From NCBI RefSeq assembly GCF_009914755.1, contig NC_060946.1: a stretch of DNA of 64,000 nt, one strand, 5' to 3'. Below the pieces are notes generated by a model. It was not told the origin of the DNA, did not search any database, and saw only the letters and a program-made list of their open reading frames with translations. A program made the translations under genes and the position numbers. Positions within the stretch are counted from its first letter, which is position 1. Every line of letters begins with the position of its first letter. Below, in pieces: positions 19,653 through 33,760 of the stretch. The stretch comes from the human T2T-CHM13v2.0 reference genome, Homo sapiens.

Positions 19653-20164
19653 AGAAATACAGCCAGCTGTCCCTGCTCGATGAGTTGCTCCTTGGTTGAC
19701 CTTTCCCCTATGACACGACCTCTGAGGATTTATGCCGAGCTCCAGACGTACAGGATGGTTCACCTGGTTTCTGCTGTAGCAAACATGCTGCTAGCTGGAG
19801 TTTGTTTACGGAGAGACTGTCTTAGAAGGGGAGTCTCTGAGTGGACACAGCTGAATTGTGGACCTCATTTGGGTGTTTCCTTCATTCATTCATCGATCCT
19901 CTACAGAACATAAAATTTGAGTCAGTGTGGTGCCCAGCACAAAGTGAGTATTCAACGGGTTTTGACTCAGTCCAATTCATTCCTGCTTTTATAATTTTCT
20001 TTTTTTTGAAGGTGGAGAGGCGGGAAGGTCCCCAGTGTGTTCATGGGAACGCAGGGCATGCCTCACTGCCTTTGGACTTGCCGCTCCCTGGGTTGGGAGG
20101 GAGACCTCTCTGACAGATGCCCACCTTATGTTCTCAGCGACATTTCCCTCACCATTCCCTCTAC

Positions 20165-20935
20165 CCCTTTTTTTTAAAAAAAAAAAAAGAGACATAACTC
20201 ATATACTGTAAAATTCACCATGTTACGGTGCAGAGTTGGGTGGGTTTCAGCGGATCCACAGGGCAGTGCAGCTGTCACTTCTCTCTATGTCTGGAACATT
20301 CCCATCACCCCAGAAAGGAACCCTGTTCTCTTAAGCAGCGTCTACCCATTTTCCCCTCCCCCATAATCCTGGCAACCACAAATCCACTTTCGGTCTCCAT
20401 GGATTTGCCTCTCGTTGACATTTCACATAAGCGGGATCATTCTATAAGTGAGCTTTTGTGTCTGGCTTCTTCCACTCAGCATCGTGTTCTCAAGGTTCAT
20501 CAGTTTGGACCAGGTGTCAGTGCTTCCTTCCTTTTTCTGGCTGAGCAATATTCCGTTGTGATTTAAGGGAACATGAATACACAGCATTTTCTTTATTTAC
20601 TCCTCCATTGATGGACATTGGGTTGCTCCCACTTTTTGGCTCTTATGAATAATGCTGTTATCCCTATTTGTATTCACATTTTTATATGAACACAGGTGTC
20701 AGTATCTCTGTGCACATTGTAGTGTGACATCTGGTAACTTCGTGTTTGACATTTCCATGAAGTCTCCACCAAGGCTGCACCATTTTTCCATTCCCACCAA
20801 CAGGGCGGGAGAGCTCCCGTGTCTTCACATTTTTGTCAATGGCTACTATTTTCTGGATTTATGTATTTACTTATTAATTGTAGTCCTCCTAACAGGCATG
20901 AAGTGGTGTCTCATTGTGGTTTTGATGTCCACTCC
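20165..20935 (-). mobile_element. L1MB-like 3' end
   Basis: GAACATTCCCATCACCCCAGAAAGGAACCC, CCTGGCAACCAC.AATCC, GATGGACATT, CATTCCCACCAACAG, GTCTCATTGTGGTTTTGAT. Confidence 0.85.
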
Positions 20936-21027
20936 ATCTTAACGGGTAAACTTGCTCTAACTCCTTACCCAAATCTCTAAACCATTTGTCACCCTCTGGA
21001 TTTGTTCATCTGTCCATCCATCCATCT

Positions 21028-21395
21028 GCACACACATACACACTGTATACACATACACACTGCACACACATACTGTATACACATGCACACTGTGCCACAT
21101 ACACACTGTACACACATACACACTGTATACACATACATACTGTATACACATACACACTGTACACACATATACATAGTATATACATACACACTGTACACAC
21201 ATACACACTGTACACACATACACGCTGCAACACATACTGTATACACATACACAATGCATACACACATACAGTGTATACACATACACACTGCACACATATA
21301 TATACTGTATACACACACTGCACACACATACACACCGCACACACACACTGCACACACATACATGCCACACACACACTGTACACATATACACACCG
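21028..21395. repeat. Degenerate (CA/TA)n array with ~17-bp CACATACACACTGTATA periodicity
   Basis: directly visible; source of the Cys/Val/Tyr and Thr/His pseudo-ORFs. Confidence 0.95.
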
Positions 21396-22798
21396 TATCT
21401 GTGTGCATCAGGATACATCAGGAATGCATTTCTCTGGCCCCTCCTCTCCACTCAGGCCCCTCTGCACATTGACCATCCCATGCCACATTTTTCCACTTTG
21501 CATTCCACATTCCAGCCCATCAGAACCACCAACAATTCCACACTTATGCCCCATTGAAGTCTGAAGATGCCCACCCTGTGCTTGGCTCATCATTACCCCC
21601 CGCCAGCCTGCAAAGCTCCTGCTTCTCCTTGAAGAAACATCTGCTCTGGCCATGCCTTGACAAAGTGGGGACCTGACCACCAAGGAGGGAGGGGAGGAAG
21701 GAGGACAGCATTTATCCATCATCTGTGTCTGGCCCCATCCCAGGGGGATGGAGTGCGGGCAGGGTTGCAGTAGGAACCCTGATCACACCTTGGTCTTCAG
21801 GCTCTTGTGGGTGAAAGAGGCTGGCACGTACCCACTGAATCCAGGCAGGTGTTCGGGAGTGGGCAGGTACACTCAGCCTGAAATGATGGGTGTATTTTGC
21901 AGAAACCAAAAGGGATCCCTGTTGGGAAAAGCCTGAGGAAGGTCAGGAGAGGCATGGGGCGAGCTGCAGATGGTTGGAGGCTCTTGGGGAGAAGTTGTGG
22001 GCTGGTCAGGTTTGGGAGGGCAGGACATGAGGTTGGAAGACACGTGTCTTTGATCTCCCAAATGTGTGTTCTGAGCTCAGGCCCCACGCACATGGCTTCC
22101 CAGTTGACACATTCCTATTTCAACATGAATATTTTAATAAGGCAGAAACTTTCATTTTTCTCTCTTTTTAAAATCAAATCCATTTCTTGTGATTTATTGA
22201 TTTTTTTTTAAAGTAAATCAATTTTTTCGTTTTCACAACTTATTACCAGATAGTGGGGTCTGGAACATACCGAGCAAGAATTCTGTTAAAAGTATTTAAA
22301 AGTATTTTCAAATCAAATCGATAAAACTACATGGATATGTTTTTTAATATTACAAAGAACAAATGTGGAAAAGTTAATCAAAACATGCTATTTGACACCA
22401 ACACGTAGAACAGCACAGCTTTGATTTGAACAGATGTTCTAAACCATGAGGACTGTGCAAGAGAAACTTAAGAAAAATAAGCATAAGCCTCTCTGATACA
22501 AAAACAAGCAGACTCGGTTCTGGGTCTGGGTAAGTTGGGTTAAACACACTCTCCAAATGGCTACACCTAGAAAAGCTGGACAGAATACATGGAACAACTA
22601 TTTAAAGACCCTGGAAAGCGAACAGCAGCAGGAGGAAAGAACTCCCAAATCCAACATTCCACCAGATTAATGCAGTTTACTCTGTCCCCTACCTGATCTC
22701 TTCAAGTCTGAACTCAATGCCCTAGAAACCCAGAAATGGACACCAAGGTGCAGGTAGAGAGAATTCCAGGAAAAACTCTTTCTTTATGGCCCAAGTAG

Positions 22799-23135
<337 letters not shown>

Positions 23136-23912
23136 AGAAATCCCCATTTTCTTTTCAATGTTTTCCTTCTGTTCTCTCTCACCACAACCCCTTAAGCAAT
23201 CACGTGGAGATGGTGGCAGCAGAGAGTGATACGCGCCCACAGGTGCAGGGCAGTCATCCTCTCCGTCCTGCAGACCTGGTGTTCCAGGAGGCGAGGCTGC
23301 ACCTCACACATCCTCCCCTGGGTGCTTCTGAGCTGCATGACCATGGACGAAGGGATGACTGCAGAAGTGCTCCACAGAACAGGGTAACTCACATCCCAAA
23401 TTTCCAGCCAGAGGAACTTGGGAAAGGCTGTTTGCAGACTCCCGGGCTCACGGTTCCCCTGTACACACAAAGCTGTGCACACATGGGTGTTGCCTCATGG
23501 AGCATTTCAAACGTCATGAAGGTTAAACTGACGGAGCACTCACAGACCGAGTCCTAGGTTGGCCTCTGGATGGCCACTTGTGGGACAGATCTGGACAGAA
23601 ATGCAAAGCTTGGAAAGTGGAGCTAACCATAAAACCACAGCCAGTCCAGAGAAGGCACGTTGGAACTTGTGGCCTGGGTGTGAGCAGGTTAGCTGCCTGC
23701 AGAAACAAACACTGGGCATTGCTCATTCTCCCTGCCTCATAACATACCATCCAGAATGCCCAGGATACAATCCAGAATTACTTGGCATGTGAGGAATAAG
23801 GAATATCCCAATTCTCATGGGAAAAGATGGTCAACAGACAATGATACTAAGATGACACAGCTGTTGCAATTATCTGACAAAGACATTAAAACGGTGATTA
23901 TTAAAACATTCC

Positions 23913-24203
23913 AGCCAGGTTCATTGGCTCACACCTGTAATCCCAGCACTTTGGGAGGCTGAAACACGTGTACAGTTTTGAGCTAAGGAGTTTGAGACCA
24001 GCCTGGGCCACATGGTGAAACCCCATCTCTACTGAAAATACAAAAATTAGCCAGGTGTGGTGGCATGTGCCTGTAGTTCCAGCTACTTGGGAGGCTGAGG
24101 TTGGAGGATCCCTTGAGCCCAGGAAACAGAGGTTGCAGTTAGCCGAGATCACACAACTGCATGCCAGTCTGGGTGACAGAGTGAGACCCTGTCTCAATAA
24201 TAA
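23913..24203 (+). mobile_element. Alu (AluJ-like)
   Basis: GGAGGATC.CTTGAGCCCAGG and GAGACCCTGTCTC J-type positions; TSD AACATTCCA. Confidence 0.9.
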
Positions 24204-25190
24204 CATTCCAAAAAGTCATTGCAAACACATTCAAAATCAATCAAAAGTTAGAAAAGGAAAATTTAAGTCCTGAAAAAAGCGTGCATGCATGAACGTGCAC
24301 ACGTGCACACACACATACTCACACAGAAACCTCATGGATAGGCTCAATAGCAGACTGGAGATGAGAGAGAAAAGAGTTAGCAAACTCAAAGACAGACCAA
24401 AAGAAATTATCCAATCTGAAAAACAAAAAGTTGGAAAAAAAAAATAGACTAAGCCTCAGGGACCTGTCAGAGAACAATAAAAGGTCTAGTATTTTTTCAC
24501 TGGAATCAAATTGAGGTGAGAGTGTGATGCTAAAGAAATAAATAAATACATAAAAATTTCAAGAAAATTTGCTGAAAACTCTTTACATTTTGGAAATTAC
24601 CTAAGCCACCAGAATCAAGAAGGTCAGCAAACCCCAGAGACAATAAGCCCAAAGAAATCTATGCACAGACACATCATAATCAATCTGCTGAACACTAGAC
24701 ACACACAAAGTTTTGAAAGCAGCAGGAAAAAAAAAAAAGATGCATTCCCTAAAGGGAGAAAGCAATTCAAATGGCTGTGACTTTCTTATCTGAAACCGTG
24801 GGGGTCAGACGGAAGTGGCACGGCGTTTTTAAAGTTCTGAAAGACAATAATTGCCACCCCAGCAGTATATATCCAGAGAAAATACCTTCAGGAATAAAGA
24901 TGAAATGAAGACATTCTCAACTGAAGGAAAACAAAGAGAATTCATTACAGCTGAACTGCTCTAAGAGAATTCCTAAAGGAAGATCTCCAGACAGAGAGGA
25001 AAGGATAGAAGGAATCTTGGAACATCGGAAAGGAATGAAATGACAGGAGTGATAAATATGTGAGTAAATGTAACAAATTATTATTCTCTGCTTTGAATTC
25101 TTTAAAATATGTATGAAGATTGAGAGCAAAAAATTGTACCATTGTCTGATGATGTTTTCAGTGTATGAACACAATGTATGTAATGCATAA

Positions 25191-25575
<385 letters not shown>

Positions 25576-25579
25576 TATT

Positions 25580-25805
25580 TTATTTTTATTTTTAATTTTT
25601 AGGGTACATAGTAGGTGTATGTATTTATGGGGCACACGAGATATTTTGGTACAGGCATGCGATGTGTAATAATTACATCATGGAAAATTGGGTATCAATT
25701 CCCTAAGCATTTATCCTTTGTGTTACAAACAATCCAATTATATTCTTTTAGTTATTTTAAAATGTACAGTGAAATTATTATTGATGATAGTCCCCCTATT
25801 TGTTG
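25580..25805 (-). mobile_element. L1MA 3'-end fragment
   Basis: GGGTACATAGTAGGTGTAT.TATTTATGGGG..GTGTTACAAACAATCCAATTATA. Confidence 0.8.
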
Positions 25806-26230
25806 TCATATAACATGGAATTTAGAAGTAAGCAATCCGGCCCTAGGATGAGGGCCCTGTGGTGGTGTCAGGATCCGGTCTCCTTCCCACTTCCTGCCAT
25901 GCCCTCCTTTACCAGTGGTTTTCAGGTTATGGTTCCACGGTGGCTGCCCACCTCTGCTCACTGCATCTGCATCCCAGGCAAGACAACAGGAGCACTCAAC
26001 ACAAATGTGCACGGCCATGGGAACAGGCCAGCCACATATTCCTCTTCAAAAGGCCCTCCCAGAACTACTAGGCAGCATTTTCTCCTTCCTATATTGACCG
26101 GACTTTGTGATACAAGAGAGAAAAGAATTTAGCGAAGTATATTTACACACTGAACAAAATCAGGGTCATATTAGCAAGGAAGAAAAGAAAAATAGACATA
26201 AGGTAGGCAAGCCATAGTATCTTTGACAAC
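25806..26230 (-). mobile_element. Very old MLT1(K/L)-like LTR remnant
   Basis: GAACAAAATCAGGGT..TTAGCAAGGAAGAA..GGTAGGCAA end motif. Confidence 0.45.
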
Positions 26231-27856
26231 AGTTATTAAATATTGTATGCAAATTTTATATATTATATAATACACATATATGTATTTATGTATGTGTATG
26301 TAGATAGCATGGCCATTCTATGTGAAGTGACATTTTCTAAGTAGACTGCAAAGAGTTAAGTATGATCATTGCAAACCTTAGAACAATCAGTGTTTAAAAA
26401 ATTAATCTCTATAAAGAGATGTAGTAAGAAACACAATAGATGATGCTACATATGTTCAAATAACCCAAAAAGATGGCAGGGAAGGGGAAACAGAAGAATG
26501 TCAAATGGATGGAACAAACAGAAAACAAATAGCAAAATAGTAGAACTGAACCCAAATATATCAATCATTATAGTAAATGACAATGGTCTACACACACTCT
26601 TAAAAGACAGAAGTTGTCAGAATGCATAAAACAACAAGCATTATTCATATGCTGCTCATAAGAAACTCACTGCAAATATAATGGTGCAGGTATATTAAAA
26701 GGAAAAAGATTTAAAAAGATTATCTATATGAACACTAATCAAAAAAGCCAGGTTGGTGATATTGATATCAGACAAAATGGACTTGAAAGCAAATATATTT
26801 ACCAGGGATAAAGTAAAACATTACATAATGATAGAAGAGTCAATTCATCAAGAAGACATAACAATACCAAATGTGTATGCATCTAACAAAAGAGCTTCAA
26901 AATATATGAAGCAAAAACTGAAGAAACTGAAAGGAGAAATAGATAAATCTCCCATGACAGTTGGGAACTTCAGCACTCCTTTATTAGTAAGATATAGAAC
27001 TGGCAAAGAGAATCTGCAAAGATAGGGAAGGGAACAACACCATCAACCCTCTGCATCTAATTGACATTTACAGAACACTCTACTTAATAAAAACAGAGCT
27101 CACATACTTTCAAGTCTGCATGGGGCATTCACCAAGAAAGATCATGGAAATCATACCAAGTATGTTTTCTGATCATAATGGAATTAAAACAGAAATCAAC
27201 TACATAAAGATAACAGAAAAATCTCCAAATACTTGGAAATTAAACGACACCTTTTAGATGATCATTGGGTCAAAGAGAAAGTCTTAAGGGAAATTAGAAA
27301 ATACTTTGAACAATAAAAATACAGCATGCCAAAATTTGTGGGACGTAAATAAATCAGCGCTTTAAAAAATTAAGGCACTAAACTCTTCTATGACAAAAGA
27401 AAGATTGCAAGTGAATAATCGTCTTCACCTTAAGAAACTACAAAAAATAAAGAGCAGAATATGCACAAAGCAAGCAGAAGAAAGACGAGCTGAAATCAGT
27501 CAAATTGAAAATAGTAAAACAATACAAAATATTAAGAAATAAAAGCTGACTCCTTGTTAAGATCAATAAAATTAGCAAACCTCTAGCGTGGCTGACAAGG
27601 AAATATAGAATAGAAGCTAGAACTACCAATATCAGAAATAAAAGAGACTTTTTTTAGTGCATCTTGCAAACATCAAATGGATAAGGAAGGTATACTTCAA
27701 ACAACTCTCCACATACAAATTCAACAACTTACATGAAATGGACTAAGGCCTTGAAAACCACAAACTGCCAAAACTCCCCCAAGATGAACTAGATAGCCTG
27801 CATAGCCCTATTAGTAAAATTGGATCTGTAGTTAATCTTTGAGAAAGAAATCTCCA

Positions 27857-28220
<364 letters not shown>

Positions 28221-29801
28221 TTATATACAATTTCTTGAAAAAAAGGAAATGTTTTCTACCTTATTTGATGAGATAAGCATTACCCTGTTGTCTAAGCCAA
28301 ATAAAGATAATACACAAAAAGAAAACTACAGACTAATATTGTTCATGAACACATATAAAAATATCCTTACAAAACTATTAGTAAATTTAATCTGGTGATG
28401 TATAGTAAGATGAATACAAGACCATCAACTTGGGCTTCTTCTAGGCATTCCAAACCAGGTCAACATTCAAAAATCAATCAATATAATCAACTGTATTAAC
28501 TGTCTCAGAAGTAATATCACATGATCATATCTATTGGTACAGAAAAGGCATTTGATAAAACTTAGAATCCACTCACAATAAAAACTCAAAGCAACCTAGG
28601 AATAAAAGAAAAATTACTCATCTTGCTAAAGGGCATTTACAAAAACTTATAGCTAACATTTTACTTAATAGTGAAAGATGTAATTTCCCCCGAAAATCAT
28701 AAAAAAAGGCTAGAGAATCCCCTTTTACCCATTCTATTCAGCATTATAATGAAAGTCCTAGCCTGTATAATAGGGCAGGAAAAAAATAAAAGCATGCAGT
28801 TTAAGAGGAAAAGATAAAACTGTTCTATTCATAGACAACATGACTGTATACAGAATCCCAAGAGTAGCCAAAAAATCTTCTAGAACTAAAAGGCAAGTTT
28901 AGCAAGGTTAAACAAGGTCAACACACACACACACACAGACATTTCCATGCATTAGCGATTGATAAACTGAAAACCAAAATTTTTAAAAATGCCATTTTAA
29001 ATAGGTCGAAAAGTGAAATATATAAGCATAAATATAGCAAAACATGTACAGAATTTGAATGCTGAAATAGAAACAACACTGATGAGAGCTTTCAAAGAAG
29101 ACATAAATCAGTGAAGAGCCTACTGTACTCAAGATTCCAACACTGTGAAAATGCTGACTATTCCTAAATTGATGTACAGATTCAAAATAATTCCAATCAA
29201 AATCCCAGCATGATTTTTTTAGACAAAGACAAGGTGATTCCAAAATTTATATGAAATGTCAAATGAATTTGAATAGATAAACTATTTTTTGAAAAATAAA
29301 ACGGGGAATTAAATTCCTTGATTTAAGACTTACTCTTGAGCTGCTGTAATCAAGCCAGTGTGGTGTTGGCAAAGGGTTAGATCCACAGATACGTGGAAGG
29401 CCATATAGAGTCCAAAAATGGACCTACACAAATACAGACATTTGCCTTTGTTATAATGGTGCAAAAACAAGTCAATGGAAAAAGCACAGATTTTCAACAA
29501 ATGGTGTTGGGGCAATTGGTCCCTTATATGCCAAAAATAAGAACCTCAGCCTAAGACTCGTACCATATTCAAAAATTAACTCAGGATGTATTATGGATCT
29601 ACATATAACATGCAAACACTGGAAAACCTTTAAAAGAAATCACAGGAGAAAATATTTGGGATCAGGGAGTTGAGGAAAGCATTATTAGATGTGACTTAAC
29701 ATCAAAAGCATAATTCATACAAGAAAGCAATAATGTATTGGACTTTATCAAAATTAGAGCTTTTGCTGCAAAAGACATTGTTAAGAGAATGCAAAGGTGA
29801 C

Positions 29802-30585
29802 TGTTATGGGTTGAATTGTATCCTCCCAAAATTCCCATGTTGAAGTCCTAACCCCAGTACCTCAGAATGTGACCTTATTTGGAGATAGAGTCTTTGCAGA
29901 GGTGATCAAGTTAAAGTGAGGTCATTAGGGTGAGTCCTACTCTAATCTGACTCGTGTCCTTATAAAGAAAGGAAACTATAACAAAGACACACACAGATAG
30001 AAGACCACAGGAGGACACAGGAGGAAGACAGCATCTCATCTACATGTGAAGAAGCAAGGCCTCCGGAGAAACCAATCCTGCAGAGTCACCTTGATCTCAG
30101 ACTTCTGGTTTCCAAAAAAAGTATGAGTGTATTAGTCCATTCTCACACTGCTGTAAAGAACTACCTGAGACCAGGTAATTTATAAAGAATAGAGATTTAA
30201 TTGGATCACGATTCCACAGGCTGTACAGAAAGCATGGCTGGGGAGGTCTCAGGAAACTTACAATCATGGCAGAAGATGAAGGGGAAGTAGGCATGTCTTC
30301 ATGTGGCCACAGAAAGAGGAGGATGGTGAAGGGGGAGGTGCTACACATTTTTTTAAAAACTGGACCTTGTCAGAACTCACATCACGAGAACAGCAAGGGG
30401 GAAATCCACCCCCATGATCCAATCACCTCCTACCAGACCCCTCCTCCAACATTGGGGATCACAATTCAACATGAGATTTGGATGGAAACACAGAGCCAAA
30501 CCGTATCAGTGAGATAGTAAATTCCCTTTGTTTAAGCTCCCCAGCGTGTGGGACTTTTTTAGGGCAGCCACAGCAAACCAATACA
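29802..30585 (+). mobile_element. MLT1B/A-type LTR inserted in the L1, itself interrupted by THE1D
   Basis: TGTTATGGGTTGAATTGT..GTTGAAGTCCTAACCCC..AATACA; 5-bp TSD GTGAC/GCAAC. Confidence 0.9.
30128..30508 (-). mobile_element. THE1D/MSTA-type solo LTR
   Basis: TGTATTAGTCCATTCTCACACTGCT..GGAAACTTACAATCATGGC..CCAAACCGTATCA; TSD ATGAG/GTGAG. Confidence 0.9.
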
Positions 30586-30719
30586 GCAACTTGCAGACTG
30601 GGCTAAAACATTTGCAAACCACATATCCAACAAAATACTTGGATACAGAATATGTTTTTAAAAGTCTTAAAACTTAGCAGTAAGAAAATAAATGCACCAA
30701 TTAAGAAATAAACAAAAGA

Positions 30720-31715
30720 CTTAATTACACGAAAAAGCTTTTGCACAGCAAAAGAAACAATCAACAGAGTGAACAAACAACTAGCAGAGTGGAAGAAGAT
30801 ATTTGCAAACTATCCATCCAACAGGGACTAATATCCGGAATTTACAAACAACTCAGACAACTCAACAACAACAACAACAAAACCCCAAACAATCTCATTG
30901 AAAAGTGGGCAAAGGATGTGAATAGATATTTTTCAAAGAAGATATGAAGACATACAAATGGCCAAGAAGCATGCGGAACAATGCTCAACATCACTAATCA
31001 TCAAAGAAGTGCAAATTTAAACCATAATGAGGTTCCATCTTAAACCAGCCAGAATGGCTATTATTAAAAAGACAAAAAGATCACAGATGTTGATACAGAG
31101 AAAAGGGAACACTTATACACTGGTGATGGGACTGTAAGTTAGTGCAACCTTTATAGAAAGCAGTATGGAAATTTCTCAACAAAAACTACCATTTGATCCT
31201 GCAGTTCCACTACTGGGTGTACACCCAAAGTTAAAGAAATTGTGATACCAGAAAGATACCTGCATTCATGTTGACCGCAGCAGTATTCACAATAGCAAAG
31301 ACAAGGAACCAACCTAAGTATCCACGAAGGGATGTTTGAGTAGGGAAAATGTGATCTCTATATACAATGGAATACTATTCGGCCATGAAAAGAATGAAAT
31401 CATATCTTTTAGCAACAGGGATGGAACTGGAGGCCATTATTTTGAGTGAAACAGCTCAGAAAACAGAAAGACAAATACCACACGTTCTCACTGATAAGTG
31501 GGAGTTAAATCATATGTACACAGGGACGTGAAGAGTGGAATGAAAGATAACAGAGACCCAGGGTGGGGAGTGGGATGGAGACAGGACAAGAAATTACTTA
31601 GTGGGTACAATGTACATTATTCAGCTGATGGATATGTTAAAGCCCTCACTTCACCACAATGCAATATATCCATGTAACAAAATTACACTTGTATCCCATA
31701 AATTTACACAAAACA
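30720..31715 (+). mobile_element. 5'-truncated L1MA-like 3' end inserted into the older L1
   Basis: younger L1 3' text (GCACAGCAAAAGAAACAATCAACAGAGTG..CACCAC.ATGCAATATATCCATGTAAC); degenerate TSD AGAAATAAACAAAAGAC / AGAAATAGGCAAAAGAT. Confidence 0.8.
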
Positions 31716-32190
31716 GAAATAGGCAAAAGATGGAAAAAGACATTTTACCAAACGATCACAAGGAAGGGAAATCATCACATAAAAATATTTTCCCTCATTT
31801 GCCGTTGATGAAGTGCAAAATAAAACCATAATGAGATGCCGTTGCACATCAATTACAATGGCCAAAATGAAATTACTGAGAATGCCAAGTGCTAGCAAGA
31901 CTAGAAAGACTGGATCTCTCATTTCCTGCTGGTGGGAATGCAACAGGATGCAGCCACTCTGAGACATAGTTTGGCAGCTTCTTCATGATTAAGCAGACAC
32001 CGTATGGCTGAGATCCTGCTCCCGGGGAAAGGGAAACTTGTGTGCACACATGTAAGAAAATTTCATAGCAATTTTATTAATGATCACCCCAAATTGGAGC
32101 TAATCCAAATGCCCTTCAGCAGGTGAATGGATAAACAAACTGTGATCCATCCATACAAAAGAATGTTACTCAGCAACAAAAGGAAATGAA

Positions 32191-32368
32191 CTATTGATAA
32201 TATGCAACAATTTGGATGAATTTCAAAGGCATTATGTGGAAAGAAGGAAGTCAATCTCCAAACTTTGTACTCTGATTCTGTATGAAATTCAAAAAGCTTT
32301 CTGAGCTTGACCTCCTTCCTTCTGCATAATGTCTTTGAAATTCATCCAAATTGTTCTTCTATCAATAG
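32191..32368. repeat. Inverted duplication (~70-bp arms, ~36-bp spacer) in the L1 3' UTR
   Basis: AACAATTTGGATGAATTTCAAAG (32206-32228) is the exact reverse complement of CTTTGAAATTCATCCAAATTGTT (32333-32355), with imperfect extension on both sides. Confidence 0.9.
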
Positions 32369-33269
32369 GAGGGCGTGTTTTAGAGTGATGGAGCTGTTCT
32401 GAATCTTAATGGTTACAGTGTTAAAATTCATAGAACTGCACATCAAAAAAGTTATTTGTACGGTGGGACGATTTTTAAAAAATAATATAAAGAACCATCA
32501 GACTCTTCCAGTCTTGCTGAGGACTGGTGGGGTTGTGATATTGAAGCTGTGTGCATCAGAGCCCTACGGAAGGCCAGAGAAAGAGTGGCGTCACCGTGTG
32601 GCCGTGCCTGAATTGCCCAGTGGTGCAGAGCATGAGGCCACAGATCAGGCCAAGCCGTCCTCCCAGAGACTCACTTCTCAGCAGGTGAGCATCAGGCTGT
32701 TGTTGACCGGCTGAGCCAGGCCCTCCTCGCCTGTCACCTGAACTGTTCATCCTGTTATGGCCCCTCTGCCTGACTGCCTTCATTCTCTCGCCCTCCAACC
32801 CATCTTTTCCCCTGCAGCCCATGTGGTTTTTCTTAACTGTGCATCCAGCCCACCACACCTCAACTTCAAATACTCCAGGAGCTTCTTTTCTAAAGAATGG
32901 TTCAAACTCCATTTGCTTACTGTGCAAAACACTTAGAGCCCAGGCTGCATTCCCGCAGCTGCCTACAAACCTCATCCCTTCACGGATCTGCTGTGTGACT
33001 CTGGGCAAGCCACCAAGCCATGCCCACCCTGCTGGTACTTGTCGCCCTGGTATGGAAAATGGGGTGACTATAACAGCCATATCCCAGAGTTAGCATAGGG
33101 AGGAAGTCACAGTGACATCGAAAGGGCTCACCAAAGGCTCCTTGCTACTGTTTTTATTCGGGGCTAATCCCATAACTGTTGTTATTACAAACAGATACAG
33201 ACATCCAGTGCCCACTCCGCCACGGTCACCACGAACGTGGAATCCGGGTTTTATTCTGACTCTACCATA

Positions 33270-33760
33270 CTATTACTTAGAACCCTTTCTTTACAAAAAG
33301 GAAATTGCGTTTAAATTGCTTAAACAACAATAACAATGAAACATATTGGCTCATGTAACTGAAGAGTCCAAAGAATGATTTGGCTTCAGGCATGGTTTGA
33401 TCCAGAATCTCTAAAGACATGACCAGGACTCTTGTTTTTTCTCTCCCTCCATTGGTCCAGCTTTTCTTTGGCTGCCTTTTCAAAACATCTCTCTCTGCAT
33501 TGGAGCCAGATGGTCACCAGCAGCTCCCAAGTCCACTGGACCAGCTGTGGACAGGGACACCCTCTCCCAGTAGTCTGTCTGGACAGTTGCAGGAAACGCC
33601 CTGCTCAGGTCACAGGCCCATCCCTGACCCCAGATACTTTCTCAAGAATGTGGAGTTCTTGTCCACAAGCTGATTGTCCAGGCTGAGGTCATGTGGCTGC
33701 CTCTGTGGCCTGATGTCTGAATGGGGGTGAGGAGAGGGGTTGGGTCAGCATCATCTAGAT
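33270..33760 (-). mobile_element. MLT1J/K-like LTR
   Basis: ATTGGCTCATGTAACTGAA.AGTCCA..GGCTTCAGGCATGG..GATCCAG; AGATGG.CACCAGCAGCTCC. Confidence 0.7.

Noticed and set aside
20957-21564. Overlapping 125-192 aa Cys/Val/Tyr- and Thr/His-rich ORFs
   Set aside because: Artefacts of the (CA/TA)n array.
21595-21700. Minus-strand exon-like segment (pyrimidine tract-CAG ... GTAATG); similar plus-strand candidates near 17437-17498 and 49560-49598
   Set aside because: No recognisable peptide and no consistent exon chain; cannot be supported without transcript data.
26753-27025. Endonuclease-like 90-aa ORF
   Set aside because: Residual frame of a dead L1 ORF2; flanking sequence is full of stops and frameshifts.
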